Source: Vitrella brassicaformis CCMP3155 (Eukaryota > Protista > Chromerida). Taken from it: a stretch of 64,000 nt of DNA. Positions 37,701 through 48,972 of the stretch are shown here, in pieces; position 1 is the first letter of the stretch; each line of letters begins with the position of its first letter. The stretch covers positions 62,001-126,000 of the forward strand of contig CDMY01000282.1 of NCBI GenBank assembly GCA_001179505.1. The letters run 5' to 3'. A model generated the notes under the pieces. That model ran no database searches, was not told the DNA's origin, and was given only the letters and a program-made list of their open reading frames with translations. The translations under genes and the position numbers were made by a program.

Positions 37701-38085
37701 CAGCAGGACCAGCTGACCAATCAGCTGTTACCGCAACAGCAGCATCGTCGTCGGCATCGCCAGTCCCTCCCGTTTCCTCCGCTTGGTGCGCGGTGCCGCT
37801 TGCATCGGCCTCCCGCTGCTGCCGGCTCTCACCCTCCTCGTCACTCTCTCTGTCCTCACTGGGCTGCCTCGCTCCGCTGCTGTCTGGTGGCAAGATGATC
37901 GGTCTTTCAGGTAGCCGCACGGCAGACAGGACCAGGCGCCTCCTCATCCCGCTGCTGAGTTCCCTCGGCTTTGCCGCATGACGGTAATGAGAGAACGACG
38001 GACTCGCTGACAGAGTCGAGTGATAAAGCAAGGGCGGCTGCTGAAAACTGCACCACGGGAGAGCCGACGTGCACAGCGTCGCCAT
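34725..38085 (-). CDS. ABCB-family half transporter (ABCB8/ABCB10/MDL1-like) with an N-terminal extension, possibly an organelle-targeting peptide
   Basis: TMD exons (RMSARLRLELFGNLIRQEQG, RMACVALLEMPL, AMAHCSAVANEALSTIPTVQANGGE), Walker A GPSGVGKS, Q-loop VGYVEQEAAVFN, signature LSGGQKQRLALARAL, Walker B LLVLDEPTASLD and H-loop MITHRL. Confidence 0.92.
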
Positions 38086-38285
38086 ATCTCCGCCGACAAT
38101 GTGCAGCTCAGGCCTCAGATGTGCGGTGCGCTCTCTGATGATCTCGAAGGTGCATCAAAAGATGCAAAGATGGTAAGATCTCTCTTTTCTCCACTTTCTG
38201 TCCCTCCACGCTTCCCACCAGCGTGCATTCGGCCGCTGTTTTTCCAGTCCTGCAGTTCAGCTTTGCGAGCTTGGATTACCAGCCT

Positions 38286-38791
38286 AGGGCTTTGTGAAAC
38301 CGCTCTTTCTTCAGCTCGCGCTGACACGCTTGACATCCTGGTGCAGATGGAAGGTCTGAACCCTCTCTGTGTGGCTGTTGTGTTGCTTGCAGGTCTCTCC
38401 CTTCGCCAGGACGGCCAGATGCCCCAGATCTTTGATGGCCCTGCGCTTGCTGTCCCGTGGCTGGCCTCCCTGTGGCCGCAGGACGACCACAGAGGCAAGA
38501 TGGCCACAGACAAGGTATCAGGCTTTGTGTTTCACTCTCTTTCGAGAGGGGTACCTTTGGAGGGGGCCCTGTGCCATTCGGAGGGCGTCACTTCCTTCCG
38601 CGTCCGGTGCCTGGCTGCTTTCAGCGCACCGCTTTCCGTCGGTGGACGCTTTTCCTTTTGGTCTTGATTGTCATTTGGCCCTGTACCTTTGTAGAGGATC
38701 TCACTTCCTTCCCTCAGCTCCAGTCTGTTCCCTTGCTGCTTTCGGTCCTTTCAGCGCATCGCGATGAACAGTCAGTCACACAGATCACTCC
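38286..38791 (+). repeat. Dispersed promoter/5'-leader module, copy 1 (longest, with an internal partial duplication)
   Basis: cagatggaaggtctgaaccctctctgtgtggctgttgtg (38344-38382) is identical at 48720 and has one mismatch on the minus strand from 53406. Long further stretches are shared with copy 3, ending ...cagcgcatcgcgatgaacagtcag.cacacagatcactcc. Confidence 0.9.
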
Positions 38792-40552
38792 CGTCCGGCC
38801 CGCTGGCGGGCAGCGATCGATGGCTCGTGACGCACGAGTACACGAGGCTGCGGCTCTGCAGCGAAGTCCACCGATGGGAACCGCTGAAACGGTCAGTGAG
38901 TGAAGGCAGGGAGGGTGCGTCTGTGGGCTTTTATATGTCTGAACGTAATGACAGTTTCCCCCCCTATGTCTGAACGTGTGTTGTCCGTACGACGGTGTGT
39001 CTGTCAATGATCAGGCTGGTTGACGAGGCGCGTCGGTACGTCAACGAATGGAAGTCGCTTGAGAGCCAGATGGACTCGTTCTGGCACCGCAAGTCGAGCA
39101 AGATAGTGCTGGCCGTCGTCATGGTGGTCGAGAAGGGCCGCCTGAGGTTCTACAGGGGCATGAACTCTGAGATATCTCTGCCCTCAGGTGAGACTGCCTG
39201 CCTACTCACACACACGACTGCCAGCCCGCCATTTTGTATGATGTTGGATCTGTGTGGTGTGTGGTGTGTGGTGCGTGTGGTGTCCGAGCAGGCTCGAATT
39301 GCGCGGAGCGTTCGGCCATCTCGACGTGTATATCGAATATGCTCACTGTGCGCCGCAGCGACTTCCGCGCCATCGCCGTGGTCGATCCGAAGGACGAGCT
39401 CAACCCAGTCTTTCCGTGTGGCGTGTGCGACGAATGGCTCAAGAAACTACAAGTACACACACAGACACACACACAGTGCCGGCCTAAATTGTCATGTGCA
39501 TTGTGTTCAGGAGGAGTCCCCGATGTTCTCCATCGTGACGTTCACCACCTCCGAGTGCGATGCGATACTCGAGAGATGTCCCCCCCTCGGCTTCCAATAC
39601 AACACCCCGCTCGTCGCCAGCTGCCAGCAGTGCCGCACGCGCCGATTCCGATCCAGGTTACACAGGCACACACGCCTGGGCATGTTGACACACGGCCGGC
39701 TAGCTGATTTGCGCGCGCGCGCGTGTGTGTGTGTGTGTGTGTATAGGCCGAGGAATCGTGTGTATAGGCGCATCAAGGTGATGGGACTGATCAAGAACAA
39801 CTGCCCCGAGGAGGCGCGGGACACCAATGGCGTTGACTCGGGGGTGCTGCCCGATCTCGATGTGCCCAAGACCTTCGCAGGTGCCGCGGTGTCTTTCAAG
39901 GGCCACAGTGTGGTGAATCTTGGCCATACGGGCACCGTCAAGGGCATGACGGCCGCCTGCTCGACCAAGCTGACGCTGGCTGACGACGGCATGGGAGTGG
40001 GCAACGGGACATTCACGCTGTGCTTCGAGCAAAGCCTGGCGAGTGGCGGTGAGGCCACCGGCAGCAAGAAGCTGCTGAGCGGTGTGTATCGTGTGGAGGA
40101 ATGCGATGCGGGCATCCATGACACGCTGCGGATCGCTCTGCAGTGCACAGAGGTACGTACGGAGCACCTGCACGCAACACCTGCACCCCAGAACAGACAG
40201 ATCGATGTGCACTCCACGTGTGTATGTATGTGTCTGTTGTCCGCCCCGCAGATGAGTGGCAAGTTGGTTACGGCGCACACGACTGCGTTTGAGCGTGCAC
40301 ATGCCTTCAGATCCGAGGCAAGTTTTTCCCTGCACGTCGACACGCACAACAGCCAAGCGTCCCTGTCCATCGCCAACCACAAGGACCAGCTCATGTTCAC
40401 GCCGTACCCAAAGGTGAATCAGCCGTGACACACCATCAATATCTCATCACAGCGAGCGAGCGTCTTACTGTGTTTGGCGTTCTCCCTTGTGTGTGCGTGT
40501 GCAGGAGTTGACGATGCACTCCAAGCCGAGCAGTTGCCCATCCGTGCTGTAG
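38764..40552 (+). CDS. Cytidine-deaminase-family (CDA-like, zinc-dependent) protein with a C-terminal domain of unknown function; 3' end 40552 or up to 41094
   Basis: Spliced HRKSSKIVLAVVMV...FYRGMNSEISLPSG|SNCAERSAI...PVFPCGVCDEWLKKL gives the canonical C-A-E and P-C-x-x-C zinc motifs. It is followed by CQQC and a beta-rich region of about 200 aa. Confidence 0.8.
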
Positions 40553-41332
40553 GCAGCAAGGGGAGAGCCCCAACGGATACCCAACGACCTCAAGTCAGCA
40601 AGCAGCCCCCCTTACACACACACGCACACACACACCCCTTACACACACACACACACATACCGCCTGCCTGCCTGCCTGCCTGCGTGCAGGTCGCTCAAGT
40701 TCATCGAGAAGATCGTCTCCACGCCCAGCACACAGGCCACGGCGGCCTCGTCCCCATCCACACGATACAGCACAAAAACAACCCCGCCAACGCGCGCCGC
40801 TTCCACGCCTCCCCCCTCCTCATGGCCCCCAGTAGGCGAGGGGTCGGCGGTGTTGTGCCCCCGCCCCCCGCTGGCCGCGTCGGGTATCGGCTGACGGCTT
40901 CCGGAATGGACTACTTGGAGCGGACGGACAAGCTGAGCACACCACCCCGCACACAGAGGGAGAAGGAGTGCGTCAACATACGTCAAGATGAACACATGAC
41001 TCCTGCTGAGTGCCAAGATCACACCATGAGAAGGCAGTGCTGCAGTGGCAGTAATTGTGACTGTGTTCACAGGTTACTGCTGCCGGATTTTTAAAGAGAT
41101 TTGCGTGTGTTGTGCATGGGAGTGTGTTCATTTGTGTATCTGTTCGTCTGTGACACAAGACATACGGAACGGCACATTAGACATGACCGTAAAGCATAGC
41201 ACACTTAATCTCCTTGGCAGATGCCCCGCGCAAAGCACAATATATGTATCTGTACCTCGATAAGCTATGTGTGGCTACATTGTGTTGGGTCGCGGCGGCA
41301 GTTCACGGCCGATGGTTTGGCGGCGCTGACTA

Positions 41333-44230
41333 TCACGACGTGAAGGTCAGCACCTCCAACTCATCAGCCATGAATTTCACACTACCACCCAGCCTGACAT
41401 CCTGGATGAGCCCGCGAAACCCAGCTTCATTGTCAGACAGATAATCGAAACCCAGCTGACGTCTCCACATTGGCTGACGGCAGCTACGCATATCATCTAT
41501 AGGGCCGCTGTCCCGGCCGCCATAGCCGAGACACAGACCCTCACGCCGATACTCACGCATAAAATCACCGGCACCGACACCGATCCACAACTTTGCCATC
41601 CCATCCACTGCCGTCTCCCGACCAGCCAAAACTACATGCTGCCCGTCTTGCTTTATGGCGATCTTGGTCGGTCCGTCGAAGTTGCCGGCTAGGGAAAACG
41701 GCACCACGTGGCATTCATATCGACTGACAACGTCCGGGTAGTTGGGCTCGCGTAGTCCGGCAGGGATGAAGCAGCCGAACACATATGTGTCTTTGCGGAT
41801 GACCAGCACAATCGGCCGGACGCCCCCCACTCGGTCCAGCATGTCACCATACTGACAGCCATCGCGTGATGCCCTACAACAAACACTCACACAGACATAT
41901 GCAGACACACACAAACACACGCAGATGTAGACACATCATACATGATGACTCACGCAGATGTCTGTCTCTCTGTGTACCTGTATATGAGTGAGAACTGTCT
42001 CCCTTGAGCGAACCACTCAATCAGCTGATCGACGTCAGCATGACTGAGAGACGAACACTCATCGGGGGCCGCAGCAACCGGGTGCGCGCTCGTGAGCTGC
42101 GGGACGGCAGCCGTGTCGACCCTCTGAGCGCAAACAGACACACAAACAGATACTGCACAATGAGATTCCATGTGATCAGCTCTTCTTCTACTGTCTGACC
42201 TGTGACGAGATGGTTGACACTCCACCAACATGAATGACCTCCAGCTCATCCGCCATGAACTCCATACTACCTCCGAGGATAGCATAGCCATACGTCTTGT
42301 CCCTCACATCCAGGTAGCCGTCAGGTACATCATTACTGCGGAAGTGACGGCAGCTGCGCATATCATCAATAGGGCCACTGTCTTCATCGCGATAGCCCAA
42401 CCACAGACGCCCATCGATCGTCAGCTTCGCCTGGGGACGGGGACGCCCATACCTCAGGCGACTCGGGAGGAAGCTGTCACAGTACAGTGCCCCCTCTCCC
42501 CCAGCTACTTCCACACGGTGACCGTCGTCTCGTGGGGTATCCATCTTGGTCGGTATATGGAAGTGGCCGGCGAGGGAGAATTGCCACACATCACACTGGT
42601 ACTCGTTGACAGCGGTGGGGTCGTCGGGAGCCTTGATGCTGCCATCCATGCAGGCGCCGAAGATGTATTGGCTCTTCCGGATGACGAACACCAAGCCCCT
42701 CGCATCGCCCACACATCGAAGGAGATCGCCAAAGCAGCGACCGTCACGCGAGGCCCTGCAAAGGAACGAAATGCGGGCAATGATGCACGCATGCCGCGTA
42801 CTTGTAGAGCAGTTCCGGTCCGTATGGTCTGGTCGGTCCAAGAAATCGACGGATCGCCGCACATTGGAAGGGGTTCAAACTGCTGCCCTCAATCACCTGC
42901 AGACAAACAGCACACGACGGACAAGGAATAACACAGGCGTATTGACGTGTCGTATCTGACCTCTGGCCTCAGTAGTGACAGTCCGTCGACACGAATGACC
43001 TCCAAATCATCAGCCACGAATGTCTTACTCCCCCCGACACACAGAGCACACACTGAACCTCAGTTACCCCCCGGTCGTGTATGTGTGTGCGTGTGTCCGT
43101 ACTTGTCGAACGGCCTTCCTCCTGGTGTAGCATTTGTCACACAGGTCGAAGTCACATCTACGGCAACGGTACCTATCATACACGCACGTACAGGAAGACG
43201 GCCAGCTGGTATTTGTATTCCGCCAGTCATCCCGGCTGCACTCCTCCTTTCCTCACCTGCCAACGTTGCTGTCGCTGCCGAAGATGCCCGCACTCAGACA
43301 GCTCCCGCCAACTGCACACACCACACACACCGCACCGCACAATGGTTGGCTGCTGGCCGTCTTCCCGTCAGTGTGTGTTGTGGCCGGTCAGCTCACATAC
43401 ATTGTGGCGCGTTGCATCTCCATCCGCATCTCCATCTGCCCCTTCTGTGTGAGCGCTGCAGTATGTGCCCAAGCAGACATGTCGGCTTGAAACTCTGTGT
43501 CGGGATCGGCAGCCGGCTATTGCCCGCCTCCTGGGGACTCCCATTGCCAGCCTCATCTCGCACCCCCGAAAAACCGTCTGGCACATAATCACTGAGGATG
43601 CATGTGCGTACATCATCTGCAGGGCCAACGTCTTGATCGCCATGGCCCAACCACAGACCCCCACCGATCCCCATCCTCGCTCCCCCATGCACTGCGCCCT
43701 CCCGCCCAGCCACATACACACGCTGGCAGTCCCGAGGGATGTCGATCTTGATGGGCGTGCCGGAGTCGCCGGCAAGGGAGTAATGCCACACATCACACTT
43801 GTACTCCTTGCGGGAATTTGAGATGTCGGGCAGCTTCAGCCTTGCTCCCATGTAGGCGCCGAACAGACACTCGTCTTTCCGAATGACCAACACGAGAGAG
43901 CTCGCGTCGCCCACACAGCGCACCAAATCATCATAGCTGCCGCCATCGCAACATGCCCTGACGTATAAAACACACGAGAGCGACCGGTTGATGACTCCTC
44001 GCGTGCCCTCTGTGCTGTGTGTTGCATGTGTGCGTGTGCACCTGTACAGCAGTGTGAATGTGCAATCGTCGAACACGGATGGCACGAACAGCGAGTGGAG
44101 GGCCGCACACTCTGACGCATTCAGACTGCTGCCAACAAGTAGCTGAAAAGGACACATGATACCAATAGACGCCCATCACTGTGTGCTGGTGGGCATCACG
44201 TACATGTGCTGGCTTCTGGACGCCTGTCAT
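41333..44230 (-). CDS. Protein with three tandem TLDc domains, the first interrupted by a ZZ-like zinc finger
   Basis: Three LLY(R/K)|A(S/C)(R/C)DG...(VG)...LV(L/F)VIRK..Y/CxFG...FSLAG...LxLGY/H...DDxRS/TC...GGSxxFxADE/DLEV units, joined in frame by GT-AG introns (SSQ|RVD and RPE|VIE). ZZ-like exons lie at about 43103-43530. Confidence 0.82.
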
Positions 44231-44859
44231 GCTGCTATCGTCGTTCTACAAAGACAAGAAACGACAGCAGAGCATTGCTCTGCCACTACAAGAACCAGAT
44301 GGTATTTCTGCTTACGAGAAGAAAAGGAAGCAACAGAATCAGGCCGGGAAGACCAGCACCCATGCTTATCAGCAACACGCAGGCGATCCCGAGAATCAGG
44401 CCTGCTATATGAGACCCTTCAGGACTCTTCAGTGAACGCGTGTCGATTCGAACACAGCCGAACACCATCACAAGGAACGAAAACACAAGAAGATGTGCTG
44501 ACGATGTCTTCATCATGACCGCTTCTTCTGGATTCTTTTCGTCCTGACCTGCATTTTTGGGCTTCTCTCGTCTTCAGTTCTCAGGACAGAAAACGTGTCG
44601 CCATCCTGATGACGCACGAGACAGAAGGGGCGTCTTGCGAAAATTGGCAGCGAGCTGTTAAGTCTTTATCGCACCTCTTGTATGTCACTCAGGCGGTCAT
44701 CGACAGTGACGCCGATCGCCGACTTGACCGACAAACGAGACCCAGGAGTGTAACGAGACAACACCTACACAAAGACACCATCGATACAATCAAGACAGAA
44801 AGGCTGCAATGCAATCTAGTGTTCCCCATAGACTGCTCACCACAGATGGCGGCGCTTCC

Positions 44860-46065
44860 TTGAACTCGGGGGATTTGTCTCTCTTTCGGATCTTAGGTTG
44901 TCTGTCGCCGCGTGCCGTCCTCCTGTCATCTGAATGGACCACCTGAGAGAACACAGAATGCACGTGTGATGCTGATCTTTGCTAGGCTTGGTTGCACTCA
45001 TGATGTCTTCCCTTACGCTCATGGTGTTACGGCCAGGCGACTGTTCTGACCCCCTGCCCACACCAGCGCGTATATCGTCGTCTGCGGCACTAGGAGTGGC
45101 CTGCAGCCGATGGTCAATATACACACGCGTGTCTTGTTTACTGTCATGTTGTCATCTTGTCCGATCCGTGTACCTGTCCGCTCAGGTTATCAACCAGCAT
45201 AGGCCGTTTTCTTTCTGCCGGCCCTTCTGATTCGCTGCGGTCCTGGCCGATGAATTCATATGCGGCAAGTGCAGCTTCATCGTCGGTCGGCTGCTGTGCG
45301 GCGGAGGAAGATGCGTTGGGCTGTATGGCCGGCTGCAAGGTAAGGGCCATCGGTTGGAGTTGGGGGTGGGGCGGATGCATCGGCCTGGGCGGCGCCGCTG
45401 AGCCAGCCATAAATGATGAGGAGCCGTCCATTGGGAAGGGCATTGGCGGCGAAGGGTAAGAAACAGCCATCAATGGCTGCCAATTGGACACATACGCAAG
45501 CCGTATGCGTGAGGGAATGTGAGGCCATCTGACTACTACAATGTACCTCGCCTGTGAATTCAGGCGTGTTGCGGCCCCAATGCCGCTCCCCAATATGACC
45601 TGCACACACACACTCAATGGAGGCCCTTCTGTATGGTCACATCAAGAAGTGCTCATCTGTCTGGGCCACGTGGAGGCGGAGCTGCTCGCTGATGCGTGCA
45701 GCGAGGAGACGCACCTGTGAGAGGCAAACAACCGTGAGTATGCACCCGTCGGCCAGACCGTCCGAACACACACTTACGGCATCGCTTCGCAAATTATCGG
45801 CATTTAAAGCATCCAGCCGCCAGACAAGCAGGCCAATCTCCTGGTGATCCACCACACCGGTCACGTACTCAAACCGTGTGTGTGTGTGTGTGTGTGATTG
45901 CAATCGGCCCACCTGGGGGGACTGCATCTGCAGTTGGGCGATGAGGTCTTGCCCGCGTGCTCGGCCGTCGATGACTTCACGTATCGCATTCAAAAGCTCA
46001 TCAAACGTCTGCATTACACATGGACCCACAAGCATCTGTGGTGGCCGGCGCCCTGTGGGTGGCAT
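44860..46065 (-). CDS. Hypothetical spliced gene or gene remnant with no recognisable domain
   Basis: Exon-like segments QTFDELLNAIREVIDG..., RFEYVTGVVDHQEIGLLVWRL and PLMAVSYPSPPMPFP... with plausible splice sites. I could not join them into one consistent frame. Confidence 0.3.
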
Positions 46066-46327
46066 CCTTTCAGTGATCTACCTCTGGCGGATGCATGGCA
46101 CCATTGAAGTATTCCGGCTCCTCCCAATCCATCGACTGCACACCGCATGTGCATACATGGACACTCGCAACACGACTGAGCACGCTGATTATTGTCTTAT
46201 CCTTCACCTACCGCCATTCCGTCGGTGTTGTCAGCGGCGGGTGGGGCGGCGGCAGCAGCAGGCCCCTCACATGGCCAAGGAGAATTCTGAAGAGACAGCG
46301 CCATTAATCGATGCAGGATGACCTGTC

Positions 46328-46780
46328 TTAACGCCTTTGACTGTCCTGCTGTGTACCCACCTGCTGGCATCGCTCCTTGAATGCTTTCATGTATCTCTTC
46401 TTGAAGGCTGTGACCCAGTTGTCGCTCGCCGAGAAGCGATCATCGATGCCCAAGCGGAAGGCGATCTTCATCGCCTTACGCTTGATGGCCCTGGGAGGGA
46501 CAGCTGCTGGATCCCCCTGGCTGGCCATCCACTCTCTCATCGGGTCCTCAATTTGGGGATACTTGAGTGGTGTGATGCGCTTGTTGCTAAGGTCCGTTAC
46601 CTCTATGCTCTTCGCTCTCTGCGTCTTGATCGAATAGTACCACTTGTTGAACAGCTTGGGGTCCAGGCCGTTCTCTCTCGCAAACTGAGGTTTCGAGATG
46701 TTCTCCCCACTCTCCTTGCGTCGGATGAATTCGTCCACCAGCCCTAGCCGCATGCCAATTGCCACTTTCAGTGCCCTATA
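46328..46780 (-). mobile_element. pogo/Tigger (Tc1-mariner)-derived CENP-B-type double HTH DNA-binding region with no DDE catalytic domain
   Basis: ALKVAIGMRLGLVDEF...SKPQFARENGLDPKLFNKW (psq/CENP-B N-like HTH), then LKYPQIEDPMREWM...IKRKAMKIA...FSASDNWVTAFKKRY (HTH_Tnp_Tc5 pattern F-x-A-S-x-x-W-x-x-x-F-K-K-R). Stop codon follows about 20 codons later. Confidence 0.75.
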
Positions 46781-48659
46781 AGACGCTCTATCAGATACCT
46801 CCTACTTACACGTAAACACACACAGAAGGTGGAGACAATGTGTTGCTTCCACAGTGTGTTTGGATCTGTTGCCTCCTACATGTGAGAACTGTGCCGTCGC
46901 GGGTCTTCTTGTGGACAGCGATGGCGGGACGGATGCTGTCCGGTGGTGTGATGATCCGTGCGCCGACCGCATGAGGGGCATGTTAGGAGGGAGCGCAGAG
47001 GCGTCCCAAGGGTGCTGTGCGGCAAACACACGGGTGGACATGGATCAGGGTACATTCACGCAGGACAGACAACATGAACGTTGCTGCTCACCTCTGCTTG
47101 TCCCGTCTGCCCGAATGCTGGAGAGGGCGGCATTGTAGCGGGGCTGAATGTCCCAGCTGAATCAATCATCTGTAGGTGGAGCGACGGCTGTGACCGTGGT
47201 TCAGCGTCCGGCTGACAGGGAGGCGCGTTGGAAGGCCGACCGAGGGGCTGCGATGTCGAAGGGTCAGCACCGAGGACTGAGGGCACTGAGAATTGAAAGT
47301 GACTGTCAAAAGGCGGCTGAATGGAACAGCAGACAGAAACATCTCATCGGATACAGATCATCGAGGGCACTAGAGCCTGCATACTTGCGAGAAACTGTAT
47401 TCACGAGGTGTCTCCCCGCCTGCTTGCAAGTCTTCGGGCATCGGAGCGTCCCTCCTGACCGTTCGAACACTTTGCTGCACACCACCACTCCCTTCGTGTC
47501 CCGCAGTGAATGATCCTTCTGGAAACGAGAAGGCAAGAGGGGTGCACAGAGGTGGCACTTCCTGTCGTCACATTGAGTGTACCTGTCGGCTGCGATGGTC
47601 CTGCGTTCGGATCTGAGGGCAACCCGGAGAGGACCGTGCGGTCCTGTGGTATGTCCGATGGAGGGTCGCTGGGGCTGCATACTGACAATCAAAGCGTACA
47701 GAAATGAACAATGCGTTTCCCATGGGGTGTTTCATGGGCAGAGCACGTGTGATCATCACCCGAAGTCGAAGGAATGATGCCATCTCGGTACTGCCTCGCT
47801 AACATGATCGCCTGCGCCACTTGTCCCTGGCCATCGCCTCGGACAGGGAACTGCTTGACGATCCCTTCCCCCACGACACCAATGGACACGGTCCCACTGC
47901 TGTCGCCGTAGCACACCAGGAGGCCCTGATTGAGCGGGTCGGAGGCCACCAACTTTTTGACGTGTTCTGCCAGCGCCAGAGGCTGGGTCGAATCAGAAGC
48001 ATCTGAACAGCGGAGCAACCGGCATTTGGAATGCGTGTATCTCGGCGCATGTGGCCCACTCACTTGCAGGCCCGATGGGCCCTCCCTGTTGCTGCTCGCG
48101 TGACTCATCACCGTGACCAACCTGACAGACAACACATCATGACGGCAAGTTCAGTGGCTCATCACGGCTCTGGAGGAGATCCATTGCTGCACAGTACCTG
48201 TGTTTGTCCGACATGGCGTTGCTGCTCCTCTCGTGTGGGTCCCCTCATCGAACGGCCCTGACTCACAAAACACACGGGAGAGTCAGGCAGGAGGCCATGG
48301 GGCGCGACGCATCACACTACCTGTGAGTCAACACGGCAGCAAGCACCTGTCGGGAACCCTCCGAAAAATGCGCCAGGACGTGCGGAAGGCCTAGGGCATC
48401 CTGAAACCGCCCCTTCTCCAGCTCGCAGAGAAAGACGGGAGAGGACGGACAGAAATGAGTTGCCCTCCTCCGTCGGGGGGTCGGGACTCGCTCCGCGTTC
48501 CGGCGGCCGCGTCGCGAAATGCATGCAAAGCCCCCAAGCTCGCATGCAAGCCCCCATCAAGGAAGACGGTACCGAATGAAAAAGTCTCGATGGCCCCAAT
48601 TACGAACGAACAAACGAACGAACACGAACTTCGGGTAAGAGCGTGCCTCGCTCGCTAAA

Positions 48660-48933
48660 AGCTCGCGAGTCCCGAAAGACGCCCAGGGCTCTGCCGCCAG
48701 AGCTTGAAACGCTGGCGCCCAGATGGAAGGTCTGAACCCTCTCTGTGTGGCTGTTGTGCGGTCTGCAGGTCTCTTCTTTCGCCTTTTCGAATGGCACACG
48801 GTCCTCTCTTTTGAGAGGGGTACCTTTCCAGGGGGCCGTGCCATTCCAAGGGCCTCGTCAGCTCCGCGTGTGGTGCCTGGCTGCTTTCAGCGCATCGCTT
48901 CCGTCGGTAGACTTGGTCTTGATTGTCATTTGG
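48660..48933 (+). repeat. Dispersed promoter/5'-leader module, copy 2 (internally deleted)
   Basis: 39-nt identity to copy 1 at 48720, then gagaggggtacctttc/gg.ggggcc.tgccatt...gtgcctggctgctttcagcgca.cgctt.ccgtcggt...ttggtcttgattgtcatttgg. It lacks the central segment of about 130 nt. Confidence 0.85.
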
Positions 48934-48972
48934 TAGGCCTATGTGATAGAAAACTATCGCTCCTTGGGTTTC

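Noticed and set aside
38286-38791. The dispersed module as a tRNA-derived SINE, snoRNA, spliced-leader RNA or MITE
   Set aside because: I found no A/B boxes, cloverleaf, paired C/D boxes, Sm site, poly(A) tail, TIRs or TSDs by eye. A covariance-model search (Rfam/Infernal) is still needed to exclude an ncRNA.
45144-46065. Possible DDE transposase domain downstream of the CENP-B HTH
   Set aside because: The translations lack the pogo DET/G...DN...H...D catalytic motifs.
47689-48135. 148-aa minus-strand ORF
   Set aside because: No recognisable motif or convincing splice context. It may be a gene fragment, but I cannot support a call.
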